From assembly GCA_963668315.1 (NCBI GenBank), contig OY764216.1, positions 3,584,001-3,648,000 on the forward strand: a stretch of 64,000 nucleotides of DNA. The letters are read 5' to 3'. A program made the translations under genes and the position numbers. The notes beneath the pieces were generated by a model that was given only the letters and a program-made list of their open reading frames with translations, was not told the origin of the DNA and searched no databases. The stretch comes from Spirochaetia bacterium (GTDB lineage Bacteria; Spirochaetota; Spirochaetia; DSM-2461). Shown here piece after piece: positions 51,712-60,334 of the stretch. Position 1 is the first letter of the stretch; every line of letters begins with the position of its first letter.

Positions 51712-52651
51712 CCCTGTCCTCCTCCCTGGCGAAATCAAGCTTGAGCCTTTTTCCGGACTTCCTGTTCAGCATATCCGTATAAGTGCGGGCTATTTTCAGA
51801 TACTTGTCAATGCGCCTGTCGTCATTCATGGGCTCATGATGATATATCATCAGCCTTTTAATATCAAATTCCTGCGCGAATTCCACGGCCATGCTGTAGG
51901 AAGAGTGGCCCCAGCTCATCTTTTCTATCGCCTCGCCCAGATCGTACTGCCCGTCCATGACAAGAAGATCGGCCCCTTGAAAGAAAGCTCTGTTTCTCCG
52001 GGTTTTCTTGAAATTCCTGTCTTCCAGCTCCGTATCGGTGGAAAAAATAAAAGTCCCCTTCCCCTCCTCTATCCGGTAAGCGATGGAGCCGTCGGGATGA
52101 TTTCTCTTGATCCAGTCTATCCGGGCGGAGCCGATCCGGGTCGACTCTTTTTCCAGCCGGTGAAAATGGATATCCGCACCGAAAGCATCGAAGGGAACGG
52201 GATGATAGGGCTTTCTGAAGAATTCCCTGATAATCCGTTCCATCTGGGAATAGGGACTATAGAAATGAACCGTATTATCCGGATTATAGAGGGGCGCGAA
52301 ATAGGGCATCCCGATAAGATGGTCATAATGGAAATGGGTCAGGAAAATATGATAGGTACGAATCTGGTCACCTTCGGCGGAAAGACTTTCATAGAGGGAG
52401 CGCAGACCGGTCCCGCAATCCAGGACAAGAAGTGTGTTATCTTCCAGCCTGACTTCCACACAGGCCGTGTTACCCCCGGTGGTGGATTTCAGATAGTGGG
52501 GAAGTCCGGCGATAAATTTTTCCTTCGCCTGGGGAGTTTCCAGATCCTCCGGTGTAAGCCTCTGAAGGATCGAGCTGATTTTCCCGGTAATTTCCACCGG
52601 CCTTAAAGGAGTGGGGCATGAGCCGCGCACCCCCCAAAATTTAATAATCAT
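51701..52651 (-). CDS. MBL-fold metallo-hydrolase
   Basis: FWGVRGS.P, GGNTAC, DCGTG, THFHYDH, TDTE, WGHS. Confidence 0.92.
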   Translation of the reverse strand: MIIKFWGVRGSCPTPLRPVEITGKISSILQRLTPEDLETPQAKEKFIAGLPHYLKSTTGGNTACVEVRLEDNTLLVLDCGTGLRSLYESLSAEGDQIRTYHIFLTHFHYDHLIGMPYFAPLYNPDNTVHFYSPYSQMERIIREFFRKPYHPVPFDAFGADIHFHRLEKESTRIGSARIDWIKRNHPDGSIAYRIEEGKGTFIFSTDTELEDRNFKKTRRNRAFFQGADLLVMDGQYDLGEAIEKMSWGHSSYSMAVEFAQEFDIKRLMIYHHEPMNDDRRIDKYLKIARTYTDMLNRKSGKRLKLDFAREEDRVEL

Positions 52652-52679
52652 ATATTCACCACTATCAATATAACGGACT

Positions 52680-53117
52680 TTATTCAGAAATCAAAGTCTG
52701 ATTGATTCTTTTTTCAAGCCAGCGTTCTATCTCTTCCCTGCTGTGCACCTTTCCCTTTCCTATTCCCGGGCAATACTTCTTTTCGTCTTCCCAGTACTGC
52801 CGGCTCTCCACAATCATGGGCCAGAAAGGGTAACTGCGGCACTGGAAAGGCCTGGCTTCATACACGGTACACCCGGCTTCCCCCCAGAAAATACAGTCGT
52901 TATTCGTTTTTTCCTTTATGCTGATTCGTTTTTCAATGCCGAGATCAGCCACTTTGCAGTATTCACGGATAAACTCCGCCCGTCCCAGCCCTGTTTTCTC
53001 AAGAAGGGCTTCGAGATCCTCCTCGGATAAAAAAACATATCCCGGCTCATTCCGGCAGCAGTAACTGCACTGCTGGCACTCAAAACACAATCCTTTTTCA
53101 TAAAAGGGTTCCGCCAT
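52680..53117 (-). CDS. YkgJ family cysteine-cluster protein
   Basis: CQQCSYCC, CIF, CTVYEARPFQCRSYPFW, CPG; start MAEPFY after GGAGG. Confidence 0.9.
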   Translation of the reverse strand: MAEPFYEKGLCFECQQCSYCCRNEPGYVFLSEEDLEALLEKTGLGRAEFIREYCKVADLGIEKRISIKEKTNNDCIFWGEAGCTVYEARPFQCRSYPFWPMIVESRQYWEDEKKYCPGIGKGKVHSREEIERWLEKRINQTLISE

Positions 53118-53207
53118 ACTAACCTCCCGGCGGACATAACAGACCGGGGAACTTAAAGAGTATCCCCCGGGATGCAGCCGCCGTACTCCGGACTTAACCG
53201 TTAATCG

Positions 53208-53237
53208 AAAAAAAAGGGTCTTCCTAAGAAGACCCTT
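53208..53237 (-). terminator. Intrinsic terminator after the tRNA pair
   Basis: GGGTCTTC-TTAG-GAAGACCC followed by T8 on the minus strand. Confidence 0.85.
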
Positions 53238-53241
53238 AATA

Positions 53242-53322
53242 TGGGGAGAGAAGGATTCGAACCTTCGAAGCCGAAGCAACAGATTTACAGTCTGCCCCCT
53301 TTGACCGCTCGGGAACCTCCCC
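53242..53322 (-). tRNA. tRNA-Tyr (GTA)
   Basis: Cloverleaf, anticodon loop CTGTAAA, variable arm, GGTTCGAATCC; CCA not encoded. Confidence 0.96.
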
Positions 53323-53349
53323 GTAATATTTTCATAGCCTAAGCTGTCG

Positions 53350-53423
53350 AGCCAACTGTCAGATTCGAACTGACGACCCCGAGATTACAAGTCACGTGCT
53401 CTGGCCAGCTGAGCTAAGTTGGC
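53350..53423 (-). tRNA. tRNA-Thr (TGT)
   Basis: GCCAACT acceptor stem, TAGCTCAG, anticodon loop CTTGTAA, GTTCGAATC; CCA not encoded. Confidence 0.95.
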
Positions 53424-53451
53424 ATCACCGCCGTTCTTGGCGACGAGCGTT

Positions 53452-53480
53452 AATATAACGGGATTTAAAAAAAGAGTCAA
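53452..53480 (-). promoter_or_regulatory. Stable-RNA promoter TTGACT-17-TATATT with upstream A/T tracts
   Basis: Boxes at 53480-53475 and 53457-53452. Confidence 0.7.
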
Positions 53481-53518
53481 TAAGGATTCAAAAAAAAGTA
53501 AAAAAGTTTTTTTTGCCC

Positions 53519-54184
53519 CTATGACTGTATGATCGTATCTTCAAAATAGGCGTACAGTTTCTTCCCGCCAACCCCAAGAGAAATGACCGGTTCCACCGTA
53601 AAAGCCCCCCATTCGGGGATCAGAAGATCCTTATCGGGCCGGCTGTATATATAGTCACTATCCTGGTGCAGACTCATTCCTATACCGTGCCCTCCGCAAT
53701 CAGGCACAAGAGAGCAGGGAGTTCCTTCGAGAAATCTTTCCAGCCTGTTCGAGACAGAGACAAACGGGACGCCCCCGGTGCTGGCTTCTTTTACCAGTAG
53801 AAACGCCTTTCTGGCGGCATGGAGCAGAACTCTTCTTGATTCGTCAACCCTGCCGACAGCGAGGGAGACAGCCCTGTCGGCCCACAGCCTGTTCAGACGG
53901 AGAGAACAGTCAAGGGTGACAATTTCACCTTTTTTAACCCGCCGTTCATCGGGAGAACAGTGAAAAGGTTCTTCCTCGGGGATCAATTCCAGATTAAGGG
54001 ATCGATAGGGCGGCAGAAGGCTTTCCAGCTCCTGGCGGACATCACCGAAAGTCCTTCCTTCAACGAGAAGTTCCGGAGCCTTGAGAAAGATCTTTTCAAT
54101 AATCCGCCTCCCCTCTTCCATTTCCGAATAATCATCCGGTTCTCCCCAGATCATACCTGCCAGCCTGTTATAATTATCGCTCAT
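53519..54184 (-). CDS. M24 family metallopeptidase (methionine aminopeptidase-like, short)
   Basis: G.IV.LD, W.D, GHGIG..LH, FTVEP, FEDT. Confidence 0.75.
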   Translation of the reverse strand: MSDNYNRLAGMIWGEPDDYSEMEEGRRIIEKIFLKAPELLVEGRTFGDVRQELESLLPPYRSLNLELIPEEEPFHCSPDERRVKKGEIVTLDCSLRLNRLWADRAVSLAVGRVDESRRVLLHAARKAFLLVKEASTGGVPFVSVSNRLERFLEGTPCSLVPDCGGHGIGMSLHQDSDYIYSRPDKDLLIPEWGAFTVEPVISLGVGGKKLYAYFEDTIIQS

Positions 54185-54224
54185 ATTTTTTTATCGTGAT
54201 AAAAGTCCCCTTCATAAAGAACTC

Positions 54225-54253
54225 TTGATAAAATCAACTCCTTAGGGTACATT
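54225..54253 (+). promoter_or_regulatory. Candidate promoter TTGATA-17-TACATT, 6 nt before GTG 54260
   Basis: Box spacing; no Shine-Dalgarno. Confidence 0.55.
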
Positions 54254-54259
54254 GATCCC

Positions 54260-55216
54260 GTGAGAAAACGGATTTTTTGCTGCTTAATTTTTGTCATATC
54301 CGCCCTGCTTTCTGCGGAAGAATTCCGGAACATGGCTCTTTTTTCGGGGGACGACCCATCGATTCTGCTCAATTCCCGTGAAGACATGGAAAGAAATTAC
54401 CTTCTGAGCCCCTGGCCCTGGGACAGGGAGAATACAGATTTCACGCTGAACGACTCTTTGACGGATATCGTTCTTAACATAGCACCCGGCGATTTTCATC
54501 CGGAGGGAACGGAGATACTGTTTCTCGAGCGTCTGAATCGCCTCTGGCCCGGAAGAGTGTCCTCCTCGCTTCAGATAAGTGAATCCCAGCTCGACGACGA
54601 TGAGACGGCTGACATCATAAAAGCCATAGAGGAGAATCTTCTTCCCCTTTATGACTCAGGAATCTTTGATGAAGTGATTTGGGATTTGAATGTCAGCCCA
54701 GAAAGAGAGGAGCTCGTTAATTTTTCCAAGATTATCGCCGTACTCAGGGCAAAGGACAGAAGCGTCCCCTATATTTATGCCTTAAGCAGAGAGGAAAAAC
54801 CCCTCCCCCCCCTCTGGGAGTCGGCCGACGGATTCATCATAAAAGCCTATGACTTCTCCGGACGTCATTCAACCTATGAGAATGCCGAGGAATCGGTGGT
54901 AAACTTCATACGCCGCAAGGGCAAGTCTCCGGCGGAACTGATCCTCTCTATTCCCTTGTACGGCAGGAAGTACCGGAGCTCCGATCCTGAGTACTGGGTG
55001 AAACAGCTGCCCTACAGGGAAATTGTCGAAGACTACTATCCCGGAAGGGATGTCAATGAAGAGGATAATTACTATTTTAACGGTCCCGATATGGCGGAAC
55101 GGAAAACAAGACTGGCCAGGGATAAAGAACTCAAAGGCGTCGCTCTTTATCCCTATGAATGGGACAGCCGGGGCCCCTATTCTCTCAAGGAAGCCCTTTC
55201 CGTTTTACCCGACTGA
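54260..55216 (+). CDS. Exported glycoside hydrolase family 18-like protein
   Basis: Signal peptide; AYD, LILSIPLYGR, YYFNG....K...A....L.G...Y....D; catalytic DxxDxDxE not evident. Confidence 0.65.
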   Translation: MRKRIFCCLIFVISALLSAEEFRNMALFSGDDPSILLNSREDMERNYLLSPWPWDRENTDFTLNDSLTDIVLNIAPGDFHPEGTEILFLERLNRLWPGRVSSSLQISESQLDDDETADIIKAIEENLLPLYDSGIFDEVIWDLNVSPEREELVNFSKIIAVLRAKDRSVPYIYALSREEKPLPPLWESADGFIIKAYDFSGRHSTYENAEESVVNFIRRKGKSPAELILSIPLYGRKYRSSDPEYWVKQLPYREIVEDYYPGRDVNEEDNYYFNGPDMAERKTRLARDKELKGVALYPYEWDSRGPYSLKEALSVLPD

Positions 55217-55218
55217 TC

Positions 55219-56454
55219 TCAGGCTCCGGTACCGGCGAATTCCTTGACCTGCCGTGCTAGTTCCCGGCCGGCTTCCTTTATCCTTTTTATATCCTCATCG
55301 GTGGGGCATCCCTGAAATTCGACACTCTCCATGATGTCCCAGCCGGCCTTTTCGGTCCGCGCCCTGAAATCCTTCTCTGCTCCGCCGACCCATCCGAAGG
55401 AACCGACCCGCAGGACTTTCTTGTTCTTGACCTTCTTAACCATCAGGTCCTCGATGACAGCAGCCATGGGAGGGAACATCTTGTATTCGTAGGTGGGCAT
55501 GGCAAAGACAAGCCCCGCCGATTTCCAGGCCGAAGCCAGAATATAACCTATCTCTTCCTGGGGGACACGGAATACACACACATTGACACCCTCTTCTTTG
55601 ATAGCGTGGATAAGGGGCGCCACGGATTTCTCCGTGTTGCCGTACATGGATGCCCACACGAGGCAGACTTCCGGTTCGGCCGGCCCCTTGGCGTAAGAGG
55701 CGTAGCGGCTGTAATGACCTATGATGCGGCCCGGATCCTTCCGCCAGACGATTCCGTGAGAAGGGGCGATGACCTTGATATCCAGGGGGGCGAGTTTGGC
55801 GATGGCCTTTTCCACGAACAGTGAGAAAGACGCGACAATATTGGCATAATACCTGAGGGCTTCCTGCTCATAAAAAGCAGCCCGTTCTTCGGAGAGCTGG
55901 TCATCGAAGACTTCCTGATCCACCTTTCCGTAGGACCCGAATGCGTCACAGGAGAAAAGGGTCTTCTCCGAATCCAGCCATGTCGCCATCGTTTCGGGCC
56001 AGTGAACATTGGGCACCATGAAGAAGGTAAGAACCTGTCCCTGCCCGAGGTCGAGGGTATCCCCGTCCTTAACCGCATCAATCCTGTCCTCGGGAATGGA
56101 AGAGAACTGCTGAAGCAGGGGGACGGCCTTCTCGGAACAGATGAATCGGGCCTTGCTGTTCTTGCCGGCGAACTCCTTAAGCATGCCCGAATGATCAGGC
56201 TCCATATGATTGACGATTATATAGTCCAGATCCTCAGGGGATACTCCCGTCTGCTCAATCTGACGATTGAGGTCTGCCATCAGGGCGGACATTTCCTGCG
56301 TCATATCGATCAGAGCCGTTTTATCACCCTTCACAAGATAACTGTTGATGCTGACTCCGTCCGGGACAGGCCACAAGCCTTCAAACAGATATCCCGGTTC
56401 ATTTATATTTACGCCGAGCCTGTAGACGGGGCCGTTCATTTTCGTTATATTCAT
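55219..56454 (-). CDS. fprA: FprA family flavodiiron protein
   Basis: NHMEPDHSG, HWPE, SCDAFG, PSHG, flavodoxin SMYGNT and GSFGW. Confidence 0.93.
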   Translation of the reverse strand: MNITKMNGPVYRLGVNINEPGYLFEGLWPVPDGVSINSYLVKGDKTALIDMTQEMSALMADLNRQIEQTGVSPEDLDYIIVNHMEPDHSGMLKEFAGKNSKARFICSEKAVPLLQQFSSIPEDRIDAVKDGDTLDLGQGQVLTFFMVPNVHWPETMATWLDSEKTLFSCDAFGSYGKVDQEVFDDQLSEERAAFYEQEALRYYANIVASFSLFVEKAIAKLAPLDIKVIAPSHGIVWRKDPGRIIGHYSRYASYAKGPAEPEVCLVWASMYGNTEKSVAPLIHAIKEEGVNVCVFRVPQEEIGYILASAWKSAGLVFAMPTYEYKMFPPMAAVIEDLMVKKVKNKKVLRVGSFGWVGGAEKDFRARTEKAGWDIMESVEFQGCPTDEDIKRIKEAGRELARQVKEFAGTGA

Positions 56455-56457
56455 ATT

Positions 56458-56946
56458 TTACTCTCCTTTTAGTAGTATTTTATCTATTTCACGGGAAAAG
56501 GAAAGACCGAATTCCCTGTTTTTCCTATCCGGCCGATCTTTTTTCCTGTAACGGGACAGAGAGCCGGAATTATAGAGGACTTCCATAATATTCCTCTCTT
56601 CGATCCGCTTTTCAAGCCATTCCCCTTCAAAAACACGACCGTCGAAGTTCATGGTGCGGATTCCTTTCGCCAGTGTCCTCCGGGCAAGAAGGAAGTCCTT
56701 TGTCAGAACAAGATCATCCGGCCCCGCGGAGGACAGGATGAAATCATCGGCACTCTCCTTTTCACCGGACACCCGTTCAAAGAGAATCCCCTCTCCTTCC
56801 GGCAGGGGGATTTCTCTATTGGCCGCGAAAACGGCCCGGCAGGGACGGCCCTCTTTTCGGAGAAGGAGGATTTTCTCGGAAACAATAGTCCTTACGGCGG
56901 AAGGACAGGAATCGCTGTCCACCCACACGGTAAAATCAGGAAGCAT
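56458..56946 (-). CDS. YaiI/YqxD (DUF188) family protein
   Basis: WVDSDSCP, ADDFI, DLVLTKDFLLA; start moved to ATG 56946. Confidence 0.82.
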   Translation of the reverse strand: MLPDFTVWVDSDSCPSAVRTIVSEKILLLRKEGRPCRAVFAANREIPLPEGEGILFERVSGEKESADDFILSSAGPDDLVLTKDFLLARRTLAKGIRTMNFDGRVFEGEWLEKRIEERNIMEVLYNSGSLSRYRKKDRPDRKNREFGLSFSREIDKILLKGE

Positions 56947-58078
56947 CCTTTTTAACCGTAGCCCAGTAGAGAGTTCCCCGGCCTTCAAGATCCACGGGCT
57001 CCTTACCCGCTTCAATAAAAACCGTTTCCCCCTTTCCCGCCTTAATCGCCTCGTTTCCCGAAAGGAGGGTAATCTCTCCGTCAAAGACCAGCACGATGGA
57101 AGCTTCGCCGCCCGTATCAAGCCTGCCCTTTCCCTCTATCGCCTTTTCTCCCAGAACAAATTCGTCCGCTCCGGAGAAATAGAGATCGTCCGTTCCCTTC
57201 TTCAGGATTTCCACAGGCGAGTGTTCAAAGCGCACGACCTTGCCCAACTCTTCCAGATCCATATATTTGGGAGTAAGACCGCCCCTCAGTACATTATCCG
57301 AATTGGCCATCAGCTCGATTCCCACGCCGCTCAGGTAAGCATGCAGCTCTCCGGCAGGCAGAAACAGAGCCTCTCCCTTATCCAGCTCCACAATATTAAG
57401 GAAAAGAGGGGCCAGAGCGGAGATGTCTCCGGGATAAAACGTCATCAGCTTTTTTACCCAGCGGACGGCAAGATCCTCATCGCCCAGGCGGGAGGCTTCC
57501 TCAAGAAGCCGATCCTTGATTTCCCGGTTCAGCCCCATAAGGGAGAAGTAGAAGTCCCGGATCGTACCGCCCTCAAAGAGATTCACGGCAGATGCGGATG
57601 GTAAGATCGAAAAATTCCTTTTGATCTCTTCGTAGGGGCGGAACCCTTTCATGGCCGTATAGGCTTCCACCGCGCAGATGATTTCAGGCTTGTGGTTGTC
57701 ATCCCTGTAATTACGGTTAAAGGCATTCACATCAATACCCAGGCGGTTTTCCCTGTCAAAACCCTCTTCCGCCTGATTTTTGGAAGGATGCACCTGAATG
57801 GAAAGGGGCTCTTCCACAGCCAGAACCTTAAAAAGAAAGGGAAGCCTTCCGTAGCGGGAATAGGTTTTCTCGCCTAAGAGCTTCGTTCCCTCCTCTGCGA
57901 TCATCCCGTCGAGGGGCCTGCTGTCCTCCAGACGGATGGAGGGGGCCTTGGGATGGGCTCCCATCCAAAGCTCGGCCCAGGGGGCGTTATCGGGATTTTC
58001 TTCCGCTAAAAAAAGGGGAAGCCAATCCTTTCTTCCCCATTTGTACTCTTGAACACTGTTTTTAATCTTAAACATCAT
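56936..58078 (-). CDS. manA: Mannose-6-phosphate isomerase, class I
   Basis: Y.WG, AELWMGAHP, PLSIQVHP, NHKPE, HAYL.G...ELMANSDNVLRGGLT. Confidence 0.95.
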   Translation of the reverse strand: MMFKIKNSVQEYKWGRKDWLPLFLAEENPDNAPWAELWMGAHPKAPSIRLEDSRPLDGMIAEEGTKLLGEKTYSRYGRLPFLFKVLAVEEPLSIQVHPSKNQAEEGFDRENRLGIDVNAFNRNYRDDNHKPEIICAVEAYTAMKGFRPYEEIKRNFSILPSASAVNLFEGGTIRDFYFSLMGLNREIKDRLLEEASRLGDEDLAVRWVKKLMTFYPGDISALAPLFLNIVELDKGEALFLPAGELHAYLSGVGIELMANSDNVLRGGLTPKYMDLEELGKVVRFEHSPVEILKKGTDDLYFSGADEFVLGEKAIEGKGRLDTGGEASIVLVFDGEITLLSGNEAIKAGKGETVFIEAGKEPVDLEGRGTLYWATVKKDAS

Positions 58079-60284
58079 TTCTCTCTATCTTTTTTAATCT
58101 GCTCTTGTACAGCTCCAGAAATTTCCACTGCAAAACGGGAACATCCTTGATATTCTCCCTGGACAGGGAGTAACACAGGCAGGGTTCGCCGTCTTCCACT
58201 TCCACTTCCGCTCGTATTCTATCTTTTTCTGTAAGAAGTGTCAAAACGGATTGAAGGCCGAAAGGATCCCCCCGGTTCAGCTTTTCCACCACTTTATCGC
58301 CGTAGTAGAGCGTCAGGGAGCCTTTCTTTACAAGAAACAGCCGGTCATCATCCTCGGGGATAACAAGACGTCCCTCCAGAGTTTCCATTACCATTGCTTC
58401 CAGGATATGATTCATCTGCATATAGGAGAGTTCGCTGCCCACTTTGGTGTGATCCAGAATGAAGTGGCGCTTCTCCTGGAGATTCATCAGATCATTGACC
58501 ATGTCGGAACGATTGATAAACTGAAGAAAAAGGGGCGCCGAGATTTTCAGAACCGTAACATAGCAGCTGGTCCTGAAGGTTCCCTCATGGGGTGTTTTCT
58601 GAAGGACTTCCATCTCTCCCAGAAGGCTTCCCACCGAGCGATAACTGGTAATATTCTCTTCCGAATTGATATATTCAACAAATCCGGCCAGCACAAGATA
58701 GACACAGTCGGCCAGTTCATCCTTTCCCATGAGTATTGTCCCGGGCGGATAGGTGACCCGATGGGAATTCATGAGCAGTTCCCTGTCCTGAAAGGGCGTA
58801 TGGGGAAAATAGTGCTTAAGAAGCATGCGGGCCAGCATCTCGGTATAATTCACCCGGGCAGGAATAAGCACGTCCTGCTGGCCGAAAGCGGCGTTGTTGC
58901 CGATCTCCTTCTCTTCCGCCGTAGGAGCCCAGTCGGTATGGCTGATAAGCAGCTTGTTGCTCGCGTCATTTTTAAAGTCGTCGGCGTTTCCGTGTACCAG
59001 GCCCCTGCCGCAATCGATTTTCTTCAGATCGCATTTCCTGTCATAACCTTTCCATATTTTTTCAAAGAATTCCCTGCTGATTCCTTCTTCATGATTCGGG
59101 GCCGTAGCGCTCTCAAGGACCTTTTTTCCGATGATGTCGGCGAGGTGGCCGTAAACGGCTTCGCCGTACTCACCGTAAGCCCTGAAATAGAAAATGGTGG
59201 TTTCCAGGGGATGGGGCGAATAGAGGGGTTTTACATCCAGGCCGAAAATATCGTTCCACTTATCCATTTCCAGATCGTGAATCCTGAAAAAAGTCTGGAA
59301 GGCCGACTCATCCGTACCGGTCAGGGCGGAGAATTTTTTCTGAACCGTATGCCTCACCGGCGTGGTGGCGTAATAGTTAATCCGGTGCCCCGTCTGAAAT
59401 AGGGAGGTCAGCCCGGCGAAATGGTCATCATGGGCATGGGTCTGGAAGATACCGTCGATCTGGCTGTTGCAGATTCCCAGGGATTTGAGGATTTTATCGA
59501 TATGGGGGCCGGCGTCTATCAGATAGATCTTATCCTGAAAAGTGATGATTGATCCCATGCAGGTCCGGGTCTCATCCCAGCCGTTACCCTCTCCGCAGTG
59601 TACAACGGAAAAATACTCCCGGTTGATCCGATGGAAACCGAGGTCAAAGGTAGTCCCGTACTCCTCGTCCTCTTTCAGGTTAAGGTCTACGGTCACCGAC
59701 TCTCCCTTGTAGGAGAATATGTAACGGTTAAGATCCTCCCTCCGGACAGTCACACCGTTCCGTATCTCCCTCTCATCCTCACCGATAATCAGACCGTCTA
59801 TCAGTTCATTCGTACTGGAGACGTCCCCTCCGTTGAAATAGAGTTTCAACCTCCAGTGCTGGTCCAGCAAGTCACCCTTGTAACCGGCTTCCACCAGCTC
59901 ATCCAGAGTACACAGCCCGGTATTCCCCCGGAAAATATAATTCTGCTGGGCCAGGACCTGTTCCATATTCCCCATGATCAGAGGCCTGTAGCCCTTTTCA
60001 CTGTTGGGATGGCCGGGAATGCCCATTCCCTGCTTATAAATCATATGAAGAACCGGAAATTCCGATAGATTGGAAAAACTCCCGTTCTGCGTGGATAAAT
60101 CGGAAAGAAGGATGACGTTGGGCCCGTATTCGTAATAGTGACCGTCGATTTCCGACGGCTTGAGAAATCCTTTGGCCTTCAAATGCTTGATACTGTCCAT
60201 GGGCGACCCGCACAGAATACGCAGGTCAGCCTCTTTGACTTCAACCCACTGAATGCCGGTAGATACAAAATATTTCTCAATCAT
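58068..60284 (-). CDS. MBL-fold metallo-hydrolase with two C-terminal cyclic-nucleotide-binding domains
   Basis: LIDAGP, THAHDDH, SPHPLET, GLVHG; cNMP-like YLVLAG.V...GSLLGE and LVKKG.L...GDPFG. Confidence 0.8.
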   Translation of the reverse strand: MIEKYFVSTGIQWVEVKEADLRILCGSPMDSIKHLKAKGFLKPSEIDGHYYEYGPNVILLSDLSTQNGSFSNLSEFPVLHMIYKQGMGIPGHPNSEKGYRPLIMGNMEQVLAQQNYIFRGNTGLCTLDELVEAGYKGDLLDQHWRLKLYFNGGDVSSTNELIDGLIIGEDEREIRNGVTVRREDLNRYIFSYKGESVTVDLNLKEDEEYGTTFDLGFHRINREYFSVVHCGEGNGWDETRTCMGSIITFQDKIYLIDAGPHIDKILKSLGICNSQIDGIFQTHAHDDHFAGLTSLFQTGHRINYYATTPVRHTVQKKFSALTGTDESAFQTFFRIHDLEMDKWNDIFGLDVKPLYSPHPLETTIFYFRAYGEYGEAVYGHLADIIGKKVLESATAPNHEEGISREFFEKIWKGYDRKCDLKKIDCGRGLVHGNADDFKNDASNKLLISHTDWAPTAEEKEIGNNAAFGQQDVLIPARVNYTEMLARMLLKHYFPHTPFQDRELLMNSHRVTYPPGTILMGKDELADCVYLVLAGFVEYINSEENITSYRSVGSLLGEMEVLQKTPHEGTFRTSCYVTVLKISAPLFLQFINRSDMVNDLMNLQEKRHFILDHTKVGSELSYMQMNHILEAMVMETLEGRLVIPEDDDRLFLVKKGSLTLYYGDKVVEKLNRGDPFGLQSVLTLLTEKDRIRAEVEVEDGEPCLCYSLSRENIKDVPVLQWKFLELYKSRLKKIERNDV

Positions 60285-60334
60285 AGGATAAATATAGTTT
60301 ATTTTTTTTAATTTTTACACTACATTTTAACAAT

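Noticed and set aside
53118..53279. N-terminal extension of the YkgJ ORF
   Set aside because: Runs through tRNA-Tyr and its terminator.
53208..53520. tRNA 3' ends as possible integration sites
   Set aside because: No integrase and no duplicated tRNA 3' fragment seen in the window.
54225..54237. TTGAT-AAA-ATCAA resembling an FNR box
   Set aside because: Spacer is 3 nt rather than 4, and it coincides with a -35 element.
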